DNA from: Octopus sinensis
Taxonomy: Eukaryota
NCBI RefSeq assembly: GCF_006345805.1
Contig: NC_043019.1
Location: 31,433,360-31,497,359 of the forward strand
Direction: 5' to 3'
Length of the DNA: 64,000 nucleotides
The notes below the pieces were generated by a model. The model worked only from the letters and a program-made list of their open reading frames with translations. It ran no database searches and was not told the origin of the DNA. This document shows positions 1-11,370 of the stretch, piece after piece. The position numbers were made by a program, and so were the translations under genes. Position 1 is the first letter of the stretch, and each line of letters opens with the position of its first letter.

Positions 1-99
1 AAGATCATAACATCACCCTGAATGGGATGCCGATTGGGCACAGGGATATTCATTTATAGCTTAGTGGTCTGGGTGCAATGTTGTGTGACATGATGTATC

Positions 100-305
100 A
101 CAGTGGGCTAAACACAAAGGGGACAAACAAAGGGATTACATCGATTACATTGACCCCAGTGCGTAACTGGTACTTAATTTATTGACCCCGAAAGGATGAA
201 AGGCAAAGTCGACCTCGGCAGAATTCAAACTCAGAACATAAAGACAGACAAAATACCACTAAGCATTTCACCGGGCATGCTAACGTTTCTGCCAGCTTGC
301 CGCCT
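100..305 (-). mobile_element. tRNA-derived SINE, family B (head AAGGCGGCGAGCTGGCAGAA)
   Basis: The reverse complement reads head ...GGCAAGCTGGCAGAAACGTTAGC, a B-box-like GAGTTTGAATTC, and the central block GCCTTTCATCCTTTCGGGGTCAATAAATTAAGTACCAG. The same block recurs more than 15 times in the window. Confidence 0.85.
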
Positions 306-671
306 AGTCCTGGAAGTGAAACCATGACTATATGACCATGAGAGCAACACCCTAAACACTTGGCCACATGCTTTCACTCCACACATATGAGCTACAGTGG
401 AATTTGAACTCGAAATGCAAAGGATGGGAATAAATACCAGCAGGCACCATGATGATGCTTTACCAATTCACTTCCCAGTATCATTATTCATTGATCCCAG
501 AATGACAAAGCATAAAGCTGAGCTTGCCATAGTTTGAACTCAGAAAGCAAGGCATTTCCTCTGATGCTCTAATGACTCTGCAAGTTTACTGACACTTGGG
601 TGGTGGGCTAAGAAGGAAATGGAGGAACTGAAAGGTCCTTGATAAGCAATGTTTAAGGATGATGAGTGAAA

Positions 672-990
672 CTCCCACATTTCCAGAGGTGAATTATTCA
701 AACTCCAAAGAATTCCTCTCAATACATGGCTATGGTGCTCCCCTATGTCTTCTGCTTGTGATCAGAGATGCACATATCATCAACCATTAAGGGACATGCT
801 CAACTGGTTAAAGTCAAGCAAATGACATGCAAATCTGCAGTATTGAGCAGAATATTTGCTTTAGCAAATATTCTGCTCGTGTTTTCTCTTTTACACCAAG
901 AGAAAAACATTTACATGGTAACAATTTCAATCAGTCAAGATCAGAAGCCATGGAAGCCACTGCCTGATACTGCATCAGTGCATTTATCAT
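672..990 (+). mobile_element. 3' part of interspersed repeat family G, followed by (CAT)n
   Basis: Reverse-complement match to 61244-61530 (...GATCAGAAGCCATGGAAGCCACTGCCTGATACTGCATCA). Confidence 0.75.
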
Positions 991-1009
991 CATCATCATC
1001 ACCATCACC

Positions 1010-1045
<36 letters not shown>

Positions 1046-1796
1046 TTCAAAATGTATTTTTACATATGTGTGAATGCATGTCCTTATCGTCATCTCATCA
1101 ACATCCACATCCTCATCATCATTAGATCAACATTACCATCATCTTTATCATTACCATTACCATCATTATCATCATCATTACTATATTTTAGCTTAGTTCA
1201 CCTTTGCAAAAAAAAAGAAGAAAAAAACTAAAAACAAAAAGAAAGCCATACATTCTACCATTGTTCCCTTGAAATGCAAAAAAAATCTTTTATGTTGTGA
1301 AATTTTTTTTCCCTTTGATAAAATTATGTGCACATTTCATCCCTTCATAAGACAACTAACATTTTATATGTATTTCACATTCATACAAGGCAACTAATAT
1401 GTTATGCATACATTATTTTCTTTTGTGTATTGGTTGCAAACTGTCTTTGTGCATGTACATATGCACAACTTAGAGGGAATAGCACATTATCTCACTCGTT
1501 TAAGCAGCAGAGCTTCTGTATAACTGGTGAATAATCTCTCTAATTAAGCCAGTATTAACATATTTAATGTAGGGAGCTTTGTTGAACAAACTAGAAATAA
1601 TTACATGGTGTGATGAGTAGACTGAAATAGTGTTAAGTAGGCGTGTGACACTGTATTTAACAAAGGGGTAACTGACAAACAATGGAGAAATAATAGTGGT
1701 GAGATTGCTTGATAAATAGACAGGGAAATAGTTAGGATAGAGTTAACAAGTCTAATGCAATGAGTTGAGTAGAAATAGTTATCTGGTAAGACATAA

Positions 1797-2023
1797 AAAA
1801 GGGTAAAGACCCCTTTCGGTCATGAATAATCATAGGATTGCATCTAGGAAGTTCCCCTCTGAGGTACAATTTTGGGCAGGGTTCTTTTATGGAAAACCAG
1901 CAATCACCCATGCACACCAGTTTCCCCTCTCTCTCCATACCAGCGATGTTATCCAAGGGAAAGGCAAAGGCTGATACAGCTTGATACCAGTGATGTTGCA
2001 ATTCATTTCTACAGCTGAGTGAA
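1797..2023 (-). mobile_element. 5'-truncated inverted copy of SINE family A
   Basis: Reverse complement of 2142-2364. Confidence 0.85.
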
Positions 2024-2364
2024 GGCAAATGGCTCAGTGGCTAGAGCATCGGGCTCACAATCATGAGGTAGTGAGTTCAATTCCCAATCCAGGCTGTGTG
2101 TTGTGCTCTTGAGAAAAACACTTTATTTCACATTGCTTCAGTTCACTCAGCTGCAGAAATGAGTTGCAACATCACGGGTACCAAGCTGTATCAGCTTTTG
2201 CCTCTCCCTTGGATAACATCGGTGGCATGGAGAGGGGAAGCTGGTATGCACAGGCAACTGCTGGTCTTCCATAACCAACATTGCCTGGACTTGTGCCTTG
2301 GAGGATAACTTTCTAGGTACAATCCCATGGTCATTCATGACCGAAGAGGGTCTTTACCCTTTTA
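2019..2364 (+). mobile_element. tRNA-derived SINE, family A (full length)
   Basis: Head GTGAAGGCAAATGGCTCAGTGGCTAGAGC (A box) and GAGTTCAATTCC (B box); tail CATGACCGAAGAGGGTCTTTACCCTTTT. Other copies lie at 21129-21467 and 45095-45415. Confidence 0.9.
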
Positions 2365-2659
2365 ATATATAAAGAAAAGCAAGTAGTCAAGTTAGTGTTA
2401 ACATATTTAATGCAGGCGTCATTGGCAAGTTATCTATACAGATTTATGAAGTGAAATGTAGAGATAAATTAGGCAGAAAGATAGATAAATTTGTATTAAC
2501 ATATTTAATCTTTAGCATATAAACTGGCCATTTCAGGCCTAAGTATTCAACCTATTTTATGTTCAAACTGGCTAGATCTGACCTCTCACACCTATTCTAC
2601 AATGTCATTCTAAAAGTAAACATTGAAATCTTGAAGCTATGAGATAATGCATGATTGGC

Positions 2660-3270
2660 CGTTGCTTGGTAGCATGATCAGTTGTGGCTGTTGCTGGGAG
2701 TATGATATTCTGAATGTGAGGCCTCATGGAGGTGATAACAAATGACCAACACCTTTGGTGATGCTGTACTGAAAAGACTTGTCAAACTAGGTGAAATCAT
2801 TGTCATAGTCGTGGCTGTTGCCGGTGTCATGTTAACAGAACCTGTGAAAGTGTAGTTGTGGCCATTGCTGGTGTCATGTAAACAGCACCCTACTGGTGTC
2901 ATGTAAAATGGCACCTATGAAATCATAGTTGTGGGTGTTGCTGATTTCATGTAAATGGCACCTGTGAAAGCGTAGTTGTGGCTGTTGTTGGTGTCATGTA
3001 AACAGCATCCTACCAGAGTTGTGTAAATGGCACCCTTGAAATCATAGTTGTGGAGTCATGTAAATGGCACTCGTACTGGCGGCATGTAAAAGCACCCTTT
3101 GCACTCTTGGAGTGGTTGATGTTAAGAAGGGCATTCAACTGTATAAACCATGCGAAATCAGACTGGAACTTGGTGCGGCTCTCCAGCTCACCAGTTCCAG
3201 TCAAACCATCTAACTCATACCAGCATGGAAAGTGGATGTTAGATGATGATGATGATGATGATGACGACGA
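2660..3270 (+). mobile_element. Family D repeat with internal ~42-bp tandem array and (GAT)n tail
   Basis: Repeated GTCATGTAAA..GCACC units, followed by the family-D 3' end ...CCAGCATGGAAAGTGGATGTTAGATGATGATG. Confidence 0.75.
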
Positions 3271-3419
3271 TAATGCATTACACCAGTGTTTCTCAACCTT
3301 TTTACCCTTGTGTAACCCTTAAATAAATTACATGTCTCAAAGAACCCCTGCACAAAAAAAAAAGAATTATATACTATATCCTTCTCATCCTTTTATCATC
3401 GTAGTTCATGTGGTAAATA

Positions 3420-3655
3420 TCATATATATATATATATATATAGATATATATATATATACATACATACATACATACATATCTATATATATATATATATATA
3501 TATATACATACATACATATCTATCTATATATATATATATTATATATATACATACATATCTATATATATATATATATATATATATACATACATACATATCT
3601 ATCTATCTATCTATCTATATATATATATATATATAATATATATATATATATATAA
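3420..3655. repeat. Compound (TA)n/(TACA)n/(TCTA)n microsatellite
   Basis: Read directly; explains ORF 3332..3655. Confidence 0.95.
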
Positions 3656-3899
3656 AACACAGGGTGTCCATGAATTACAGACATCACTAAATATATCCCC
3701 AATGGTTGTATTATTTTTGGGGTGACATAATAGGTTAGATAGGATGATGTCTATATTACAATACCCAATAATATGTTGTGTATGTATAGTAATATTATGA
3801 TTATGAAATTAGCATTAGCTTATCTCATACTTTCTCACAGAACCCCTAGGAACCTTTTGTGGAACCCACGGTTATGGAAAACCACAATTGAGAAATGGT

Positions 3900-4422
3900 G
3901 CATTAGACAGAATAATCTGAATGCTAAAGAGTTAAACTAGCCCCACTGGGCCCAAATATTCTACCTGTTCTATGTTCAAACCAGCTAGATCTGGCCTCTC
4001 ATACCTAATTTACAATGTCATTCAAAAGCAAACAATCTTTTCATTGAAATCTTGAAGCTAAGAGATAATGCATGATTGATTCAAAAGAATATGAATAAAT
4101 AAGGATTATATTTTTGACAGAGTAATCTGAAAACTAGAGGTTTAAAACCAAGCTATATATATATCCAGCCCAAATATTCTGTTTTATGTTCAAAACTAGC
4201 CAGATTTAGTCTCTCACATTTAACCTACAATGTCATTCTTAAAATCAACCTTCACATCATCAAAATCTTGAAGCTATGAGGTCTTGCATGATTAATTCAA
4301 AACAATGTGAATGAATAAATATTAAATTTGACAGAGTAATCTGAATGTAATTTGCCAAAGTAATTTGACGGAGTAATTTGACAGGGTGATTTGACAGAGT
4401 AATCTGAATGTTAAAGGGCTAA
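3900..4422. mobile_element. Tandem dimer of a non-autonomous DNA-transposon-like repeat with AATGCTAAAGAGTTAA-type ends
   Basis: A ~220-bp unit occurs twice (CCCAAATATTCT..TACAATGTCATTC..GACAGAGTAATCTGAA). End motifs at 3920-3935 and 4407-4422; related copy at about 2497-2655. Superfamily not determined. Confidence 0.55.
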
Positions 4423-4616
4423 TGCAGGTAACATCGATAAGTTATCTATAAAGAATTTTGTGGTGAGCCATACAAATATATAGGCAGAAAGATGGATATA
4501 CACACACATGTGTGTGTGTAAACCATAAGACACTGGTATTATAATATTCTCTAGCAATTGAATAAGACTATAGACAAAATATTCAATGGAATATTGCCAA
4601 TATATTTTCATAAAGT

Positions 4617-5035
4617 AAGGTAGTGAGCTGGCAGAATCATTAGCATGCTGGGTGAAATGCTTTGTGGTATTTCGTCTGCTGTTACATTCTGAGTTCAAAT
4701 TTCGCTGAGGTTGACTTTGCCTTTCATCCTTTCGGGGTCGATTAAATAAGTACCAGTTACGCACTAGGATCGATATAATTGACTTAATCCATTTGACTTT
4801 CCTTCTTTGTCCCCTCTGTGTGTAGCTCCTTGTTGGAAGTAAAGAAATAGGTATTTCATCTGCTGTTACATTCTGAGTTCAAATTCCGCTGAGGTTGACT
4901 TTGCCTTTCATCCTTTCAGGGTTGATTAAATAAGTACCAGCTATACACTGGGGTCAATATAATCGACTTAATCCCTTTGTCTGTCCTTGTTTGTCCTCTC
5001 TATGTTTAGCCCCCTGTGGGCAATAAAGAAATGAA
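4617..5035 (+). mobile_element. Family B SINE with internal tandem duplication of its body
   Basis: The head is followed by two copies of GGTATTTCGTCTGCTGTTACATTCTGAGTTCAAATT..CTTTGCCTTTCATCC. The same architecture recurs at 36503-36900. Confidence 0.85.
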
Positions 5036-5769
5036 TATATTTTCATAAAGTGTTGGGTTCACAATCATGCATTCATGAGTATTTTAGAATGAAATAAACA
5101 TGAAATGAAAAAATTGTATATTTTCATAAAGTAAGGCAGTGAGCTGGCAGAATTGTGAGCATGCTGGGTGAAATGCTTAGTAGTGTTTCGTCTGCTGTTA
5201 CATTCTGGGTTCAGCATTGGAGGCGCATTACTACAGGTGTATGCGCCTCCAAATTTGTTGCTTCATAACATCCAGAAAAATGGATAATTTTTAACAAAAT
5301 TTTCTAAAAATGCCGCTTAGATGTTGTGGCTTCAGGGTATTTAGGGATTAATGGGAAAGAATTTTTCTGAGGAGGTAGAGAGAGAAGTTTCAGAAAATTT
5401 ACATGATCTGACTTTTTTCCCCCTCATAGCTTTCAGGAAGATGGATATCTTTTGATGAAAAATTTACACAAATCCCTTTCAAACAGCATAAATTACATTG
5501 AGAAATCTGTAGGGAAAGTTTTTTCGGGGATTTGGAAAATTACGAATTTTTTGCAACCCCACTCCCTACGCCTGATCGTTTCTGTTTAAAAATTAAAATA
5601 TTGGAGAGCCTAAGAAGGTCATTGCTGGCATTTATCCACAGTGATTTTAAAATTACGGAGATGTACTTGCATAGCAAGTGACTTGATCTGAGATCGTGTG
5701 CTGAAACTAAAACGATTGCAGCATAGATGTTTGTAAGCCATTCAAGAACACACAAAAACCATTAGTTTC

Positions 5770-5968
5770 ATGATACTACATAAATATAGAGGTCCCGATG
5801 CATCTACGTAATGATATGAAGGGTGAGTTAGTTTTTTAGGGTTAGTTTCTTAGTGTTAGGGTTAGGGTGTCATGACACATCCACACAGCGTACATTTAAA
5901 ATGTTTTGTATGTAACACCTGTATTTAAGTAGAACCGTTGATGGACCCCTGTATTTAAGTATTACCAT
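5770..5968. mobile_element. MITE-like element with ~26-bp imperfect TIRs and internal TTAGGG-like repeats
   Basis: Left end ATGATACTACATAAATATAGAGGTCC versus reverse complement of right end ATGGTAATACTTAAATACAGGGGTCC; flanked by TTTC on both sides. Confidence 0.55.
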
Positions 5969-6505
5969 TTTCACTTCAACATTAAATTTCATTTATGTTA
6001 AAATATTTTCGTCACTTTGAAACCACGACCTGTTCACTGAGAAAACTTCACGAAAGTGATGCAGCACAAAGTTTTGTCAGTGAGCACACATGTACACACA
6101 AACACATCTAAAATGAGCTTATTTCAGTTTCTGTCTACCAAATCTACTGACAAAACTTTGGTTGACCTGGGGTGATGTAGGTTCTATGTAGTGGGACTGA
6201 AACCAGAACCATATGGTTGGAAAGCAAACTTTTTGCTACACAACCATGCCTGTGCTATATATGTGTATATGTGTGTGTGTGTGTGTATGTGTACATACAT
6301 TATTCTGTGACACAGAAGTATGTTTGATTTCTATTTTTAGCAATGTAGCTACTCATGTAGTAATGTAGTACCCTTGTATATATTATATATATATATATAT
6401 AATATAATATTTATATAAAATTAATGAGGTAGAATTGATATTTATCAATTAAGACCAGTGGTCTAGCATATTAAAAAAGAATCCGAAGATTAAAATATTT
6501 ATATA

Positions 6506-6695
6506 CAATTAAGGACTGAACACAAAAGTAGACAGTCAACATGCTAGATATAGACATCAAATCGCCATTCTCACAAAAAGATTATGTTCTCAGATTATGT
6601 TCTTGATCTGAGAACATAATCTTTTGTGGAGAATGGCGATTTAACGTCTATATCTAGCATGCTGACATTCCACTTTCGTGTTCAGTCCTTAATTG
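6506..6695. repeat. Long inverted repeat: 90-bp arms, 10-nt loop
   Basis: 6506-6595 is the reverse complement of 6606-6695 with about 10 differences. Confidence 0.95.
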
Positions 6696-6716
6696 GTATA
6701 TATATATGATGATGAT

Positions 6717-6753
<37 letters not shown>

Positions 6754-6877
6754 TTTATTAATTGTCTGTACAGATGGTATTCATTTGCCAGTAATGATGG
6801 CATGTTGATAATACTATCACTCTCATATATACTTTTATACACACACACACATACATACATACATATATGTATGTATG

Positions 6878-6911
<34 letters not shown>

Positions 6912-7346
6912 TGTATGATGTATATATAAAAGCATGTCTGACATTGTCCATATTTTCCACTTAAACCTCCAAAACACATAATTATTTTATTTTCCCAATA
7001 ATAATATCAGTTTTAATTCAGATTTAATTATTATTATTTTACTAAAGAGAATTTCTGCAGTGCCTTTGATGTTTGGTTTTTAGATGAAGCTTTCTTTGTT
7101 ATCTTTGAGACTTAACATTGTAGAACATATCTCGTTTTTGATTGACAATATACCCATGAGATTAGGTCAGTTTATTTCATTTCATAGTCGCACGTACTCT
7201 TTAAATAATTGTCCAATTGATAACATATCTGGTACTTGTATGTCTCAATTTCATATATATCGAATGAATTCACTACTCCTGTTTCTGATATACATATTTT
7301 TGATTATATATATGTGCATGTATGTATGTATGATGAATGTATGTCC

Positions 7347-7722
7347 CTTTTTTTTACTCTTTTTACTCTTTTACTTGTTTCAGTCATTTGACTGTGGCCA
7401 TGCTGGAGCACCGCCTTTTGTCGAGCAATCGACCCCAAGACTTATTCTTTGTAGCCTAGTACTTATTCTATCGGTCTCTTTTGCCGAACCGCTAAGTTAC
7501 GGGGATGTAAACACACCAGCATCGGTTGTCAAGCGATGTTAGGGGGACAAACACAGACACACAAACACACACACATATATATACATATATATACGACGGG
7601 CTTCTTTCAGTTTCCATCTACCAAATCCACTCTAAAGGCTTTGGTCGGCCCGAGGCTATAGTGGAAGACACTTGCCCAAGGTGCCATGCAGTGGGACTGA
7701 ACCCGGAACAATGTGGTTCGTA
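7347..7722 (-). mobile_element. tRNA-derived SINE, family C (CORE-like, OR1/OR2-type)
   Basis: Minus strand has a tRNA-like GGTTCAGTCCCAC, a CORE-like GCACCTTGGGCAAGTGTCTT, an internal (TA)n/(TG)n linker and an (AAAGAGT)n tail. The OR1/OR2 link is recalled from the literature and not verified. Confidence 0.8.
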
Positions 7723-8317
7723 AGCATGTATGTATGTATGTATGTATGTATGTATGTATGTATGTATCATTATCATTATCATTATCATGGGTTAGACAGT
7801 TTGACTGGAACTGGTGAGCCAGATAGCTGTATCCAGTTCCAGTATGATTTGGCATGCTTTCTGCAGCTGGATGCCCTCCCTTATACTCTGAGATTGTAAT
7901 GGGTGCTTTCACGCATCACCGTCATGGGTACTTTTATGTGTCACTGACATGGGTGCTTTTATGTGTCACCATCACAGTTGCCTGTTACATGATACCAGCA
8001 TCAACTATGACTGCAACTTCACATAGGCTTGATGAGTCTTCTCATGCACAACACATCACCAAAGGTCTTGATCTTGTGTCATCACCTCCATGAGGCGATG
8101 TATGCATGTAGCTCCAGTTCTTCCACATTGCTGGATTTGTTGCGTATATAAATGAATTGGCTGTTTCTTTCTCTTCAATTTGTTACATGTTGTTCAGAAC
8201 TCTGATGAGATCCAATAAGAGTTGAAAATTGATGAAAAGCTTTTCACCATTCTTTTTTAATCTATTCGTCCCCCAGTCTTAACTGTCAATTGAGAGTTCT
8301 ATTGCAAGATTTTAATG

Positions 8318-8690
8318 CATTTGAGGCAGGACATTTGGGGAAAGTGACTGGATCTTTGGAGCATGATGAATTGGATTCTTCACGACCACAATGCACCTTG
8401 ACACTCCTTACTTGTGAGTTTCTCACCAAAAATATGGTATCGGTTCTGCATCCACCCATTTAATTAGATTTAGCATCTGTGGACTTCTACCTCTTCCCTA
8501 TGATGAAAATGCAGCTCAAAAGTCACCATTTTAATATTGTTGTCAAGATCCAGAGCGAATCGCAGAAGGTCCTCAATTTGCTTATGGGAAACAAATTCCA
8601 GACTGGATTCCAAAAGTGGCAGGAATGCTGGGACCAGTGTATTGCTGTGCAAGGTGACTATTTCGTATGAGATGATGTTAAAACATACAT
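8318..8690 (+). pseudogene. Degraded mariner transposase C-terminal fragment
   Basis: Translates with stops and frameshifts to WILHDHNAP..HPP..DLASVDFYLFPMMKMQLK..FQKWQECWDQCIAVQGDYF, matching mariner motifs HDNAP, YSPDLAPxDF and WxKCIxxxGDYF. Confidence 0.85.
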
Positions 8691-8717
8691 ACCTATACAT
8701 ACAAACAAATACACATA

Positions 8718-8764
<47 letters not shown>

Positions 8765-8908
8765 CATCATCACCATCATCATTTATGTATGTATAAGTAT
8801 ATTCAGGGGATGACTTGTTCAAAAAGAAGCCATGTCTGGACACTTAGAATAAAGTACTCAAAGATAAGTCTGAGAATGAATAAAAAATATTCAATCCGTA
8901 ATCATTAG

Positions 8909-8990
8909 TTTGACAAAATATATTCCATTTCACCTATGGCTCATTAAGTTCCCAAAGAGTGATAGGTGAAACGGAATATATTTTGTCAAA
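8909..8990. repeat. 82-nt hairpin (about 34-bp stem, 14-nt loop)
   Basis: TTTGACAAAATATATTCCATTTCACCTAT pairs with ATAGGTGAAACGGAATATATTTTGTCAAA with 1 mismatch; the stem extends through GGCTC/GAGTG. Confidence 0.95.
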
Positions 8991-9011
8991 ATAAAAATTA
9001 GAGATAAAATA

Positions 9012-9064
<53 letters not shown>

Positions 9065-10039
9065 TATATCATCATCATCATCATCATTGTTTAATGTCTA
9101 TCTCCCATTAATGCATGGGTAGGATGGTTGACAGGAGCCAGCCAGGCAGAAAAACTACTCTAGGCTACTGTGTCTGTTTTGGCAGAGATTTTATGGCTGG
9201 ATGCCTTTCCTAATACCAACCACTCTGCAGAGTGGACTCAGTGCTTTCCTAGGTGGTACTAGCACAGACAAAGTTAGTTTTGGCATGATTTTTACAGCTG
9301 GATGCCTTTCCAGATGGCAACCACATTATAGTATGGACTGGATGCTTTTAACGTAACACCAGCACTGGCAGGGTCACCAAGTATCTCACAAGACAAGGAA
9401 TTATGAAAGGGGCAGGGCATTTGAGGAGGGGAAGTTGTGTGAGAGGATGAAAGGTGAGAGTGTGACAAAGAGACAGAGAGAGAGACAGAGAGAGACAGAC
9501 AGACAGAAGCAGGTGTCTCACCACAACAGTGGGGAGCATTAGAGGAGGTGATCCAGTATCAGATGATGAAAGGTTTAAGTGTAACAGAGAAATAGAGAGA
9601 CAGAAATAGGTGTCTTGCTATAGAGGAAGTACATGGTTGCCAAGTGAGAGAGAAAGGAAGAGAGAAAGAGAGAGGAAGAAGAAAGAGGCCAGAAACAAGT
9701 GTGCTGATGTAAAGGAGTTACTTGGTTACCTAGTCAGAGGAAAAACAAGAGAAGGAGAAAGAGAGAGAGAGAGAGTGACCAAAGGGAGAGAGAGAGAAAG
9801 AGGGAGTAGGAAACAGTAAAAGTATAAGAGAGAATAAAAGAGAAATGGTATGGTGCTAGGGTAAACTCACAAGTAACAAGAATATGAGTGTAGAGCCTGG
9901 GTAGCAAAATAGGGTGTATGGGGTGGGTAGGGGGCAGCGATACAGTGAGCAGCAGAGTGTAGGCAAGAAAGGGGATTGGAAAACAGTCATAATTTATGAA
10001 GAGGAAATGTGGGGAAGAGAAAGATGCCATCAGAAGAGG

Positions 10040-10275
10040 AGTTGTAGTTCAGTTTCTTAGGGTAGAGTGGGTGAAAAGTGTGTTGTGACATGTGGGACCC
10101 AACTCTTCTAGCACTCAGTTTTGTGGATGGGTCTTCTCTAGAACTTCATATCCCCAAACATCTCACCCCGCTGTCATTTCCTCTGTGAGCCCTAACATCC
10201 TAAGATCAGTCTTCACCACTTCATCCAATGTCTTCCGGAGTCCCCCTCTTCCACAGGTACTATCCACTTCCAGGT
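10040..10275 (-). mobile_element. RTE-clade LINE 3' fragment (end of the RT ORF)
   Basis: Minus strand gives LEVDSTCGRGGLRKTLDEVVKTDLRMLGLTEEMTAG*DVW, like the RTE C-terminal GxRxRGRPxKTWxxVVxxDL..DRxxW motif. Confidence 0.7.
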
Positions 10276-10527
10276 GTGTGTGTGTGTATGTGTATGTTTT
10301 TATATATATCAACATATAAATATATAAAGGTGTGTATGTGTGTATACATCTGTATGTGTGTGTGTGTGCATATATGTTTGTATATATGTGTATATATCTA
10401 TATCTATATACATATATATATATATATATCATCATTTAACATCTGCCTTCCATGCTAGTATCACACACACACACACATGTATACACACACACATATATTA
10501 TATTTGTGCAAGACAAATTCATAAATG

Positions 10528-10577
<50 letters not shown>

Positions 10578-11370
10578 GTAAATATATATCTATGTACATG
10601 TACATATATGTAGAATTTATAAGTGTTGCCCAAGCAGAAATAAAGAAAATTAATTGTTCTGACCGCAAGAGTCAAACTTTACATCTCTTGCTATCCAAGT
10701 AATCATGTTATGACTAATGTCTAGTGGCCTCTCAAAGAATTTGATTCGCAAAGTAAACCAACGTAAATGTCCTTTTGTCTGTCTGGATAAACTTGACGAT
10801 TTAGTCTTTTCCCATGTCACTTGAGAATTGCAGACAATTTAACTGCTACTTAACACGTTGTTGTTGTTGCTGTTGTTGTTGTTGTGTGCACACAGATAAC
10901 GAGAGAGAGAGACAGAGATGGAGACAGAGGTAGAATAAATATGTAAGTATATACTTACATTCGACAAGAACCAACTGCAAACACAACTGCTGCTTACACA
11001 CTTTATTAAATAGTGAAATGGGAATAATAAAACATTAAGATCACATCGTAAGTCAGAAGAAAATAGCAATAAATAACACCAGGAAGAATAAAGATTAATG
11101 ACTAACCTAAATTTACCATGTACAGTTTTTCTTTTCTTTTGCTTGTTGAATGTTTCCCAAAATATTTTATAAAAATGAGTACAAGCATAGGTGTGGCTGT
11201 GTGGTTAGAAGTTTGCTTCCCAACCACATGGCTTCAGGTTCACTTCTGCTGCATGACATCTTGGGCAGGTGTCTTCCACTATAACCCTGTACCAACAAAA
11301 ACCTTGTGAGTGGATTTGGTAAATAGAAACTGAAAGAAACCCATCATATATATATATATATATATATATA

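Noticed and set aside
2019-2095. tRNA-like sequences at SINE heads (also 19199, 25757, 45095)
   Set aside because: A and B boxes are present, but there is no complete cloverleaf and each continues into a SINE body.
3332-3655. Ile/Tyr/His-rich ORFs here and at 16260, 28713, 31470, 49090, 59386 and 60082
   Set aside because: They are translations of (TA)n/(TATG)n/(CA)n microsatellites, which lack stops in some frames.
7084-7330. Plus-strand 152-aa ORF, and a protein-like minus frame with stops
   Set aside because: The ORF runs through a microsatellite into a SINE; the minus frame has stops and no motif I can assign.
8198-8230. CTGATGA...GAAA canonical hammerhead core
   Set aside because: The intervening GATCCAATAAGAGTT cannot form stem II and no stem I or III is evident.
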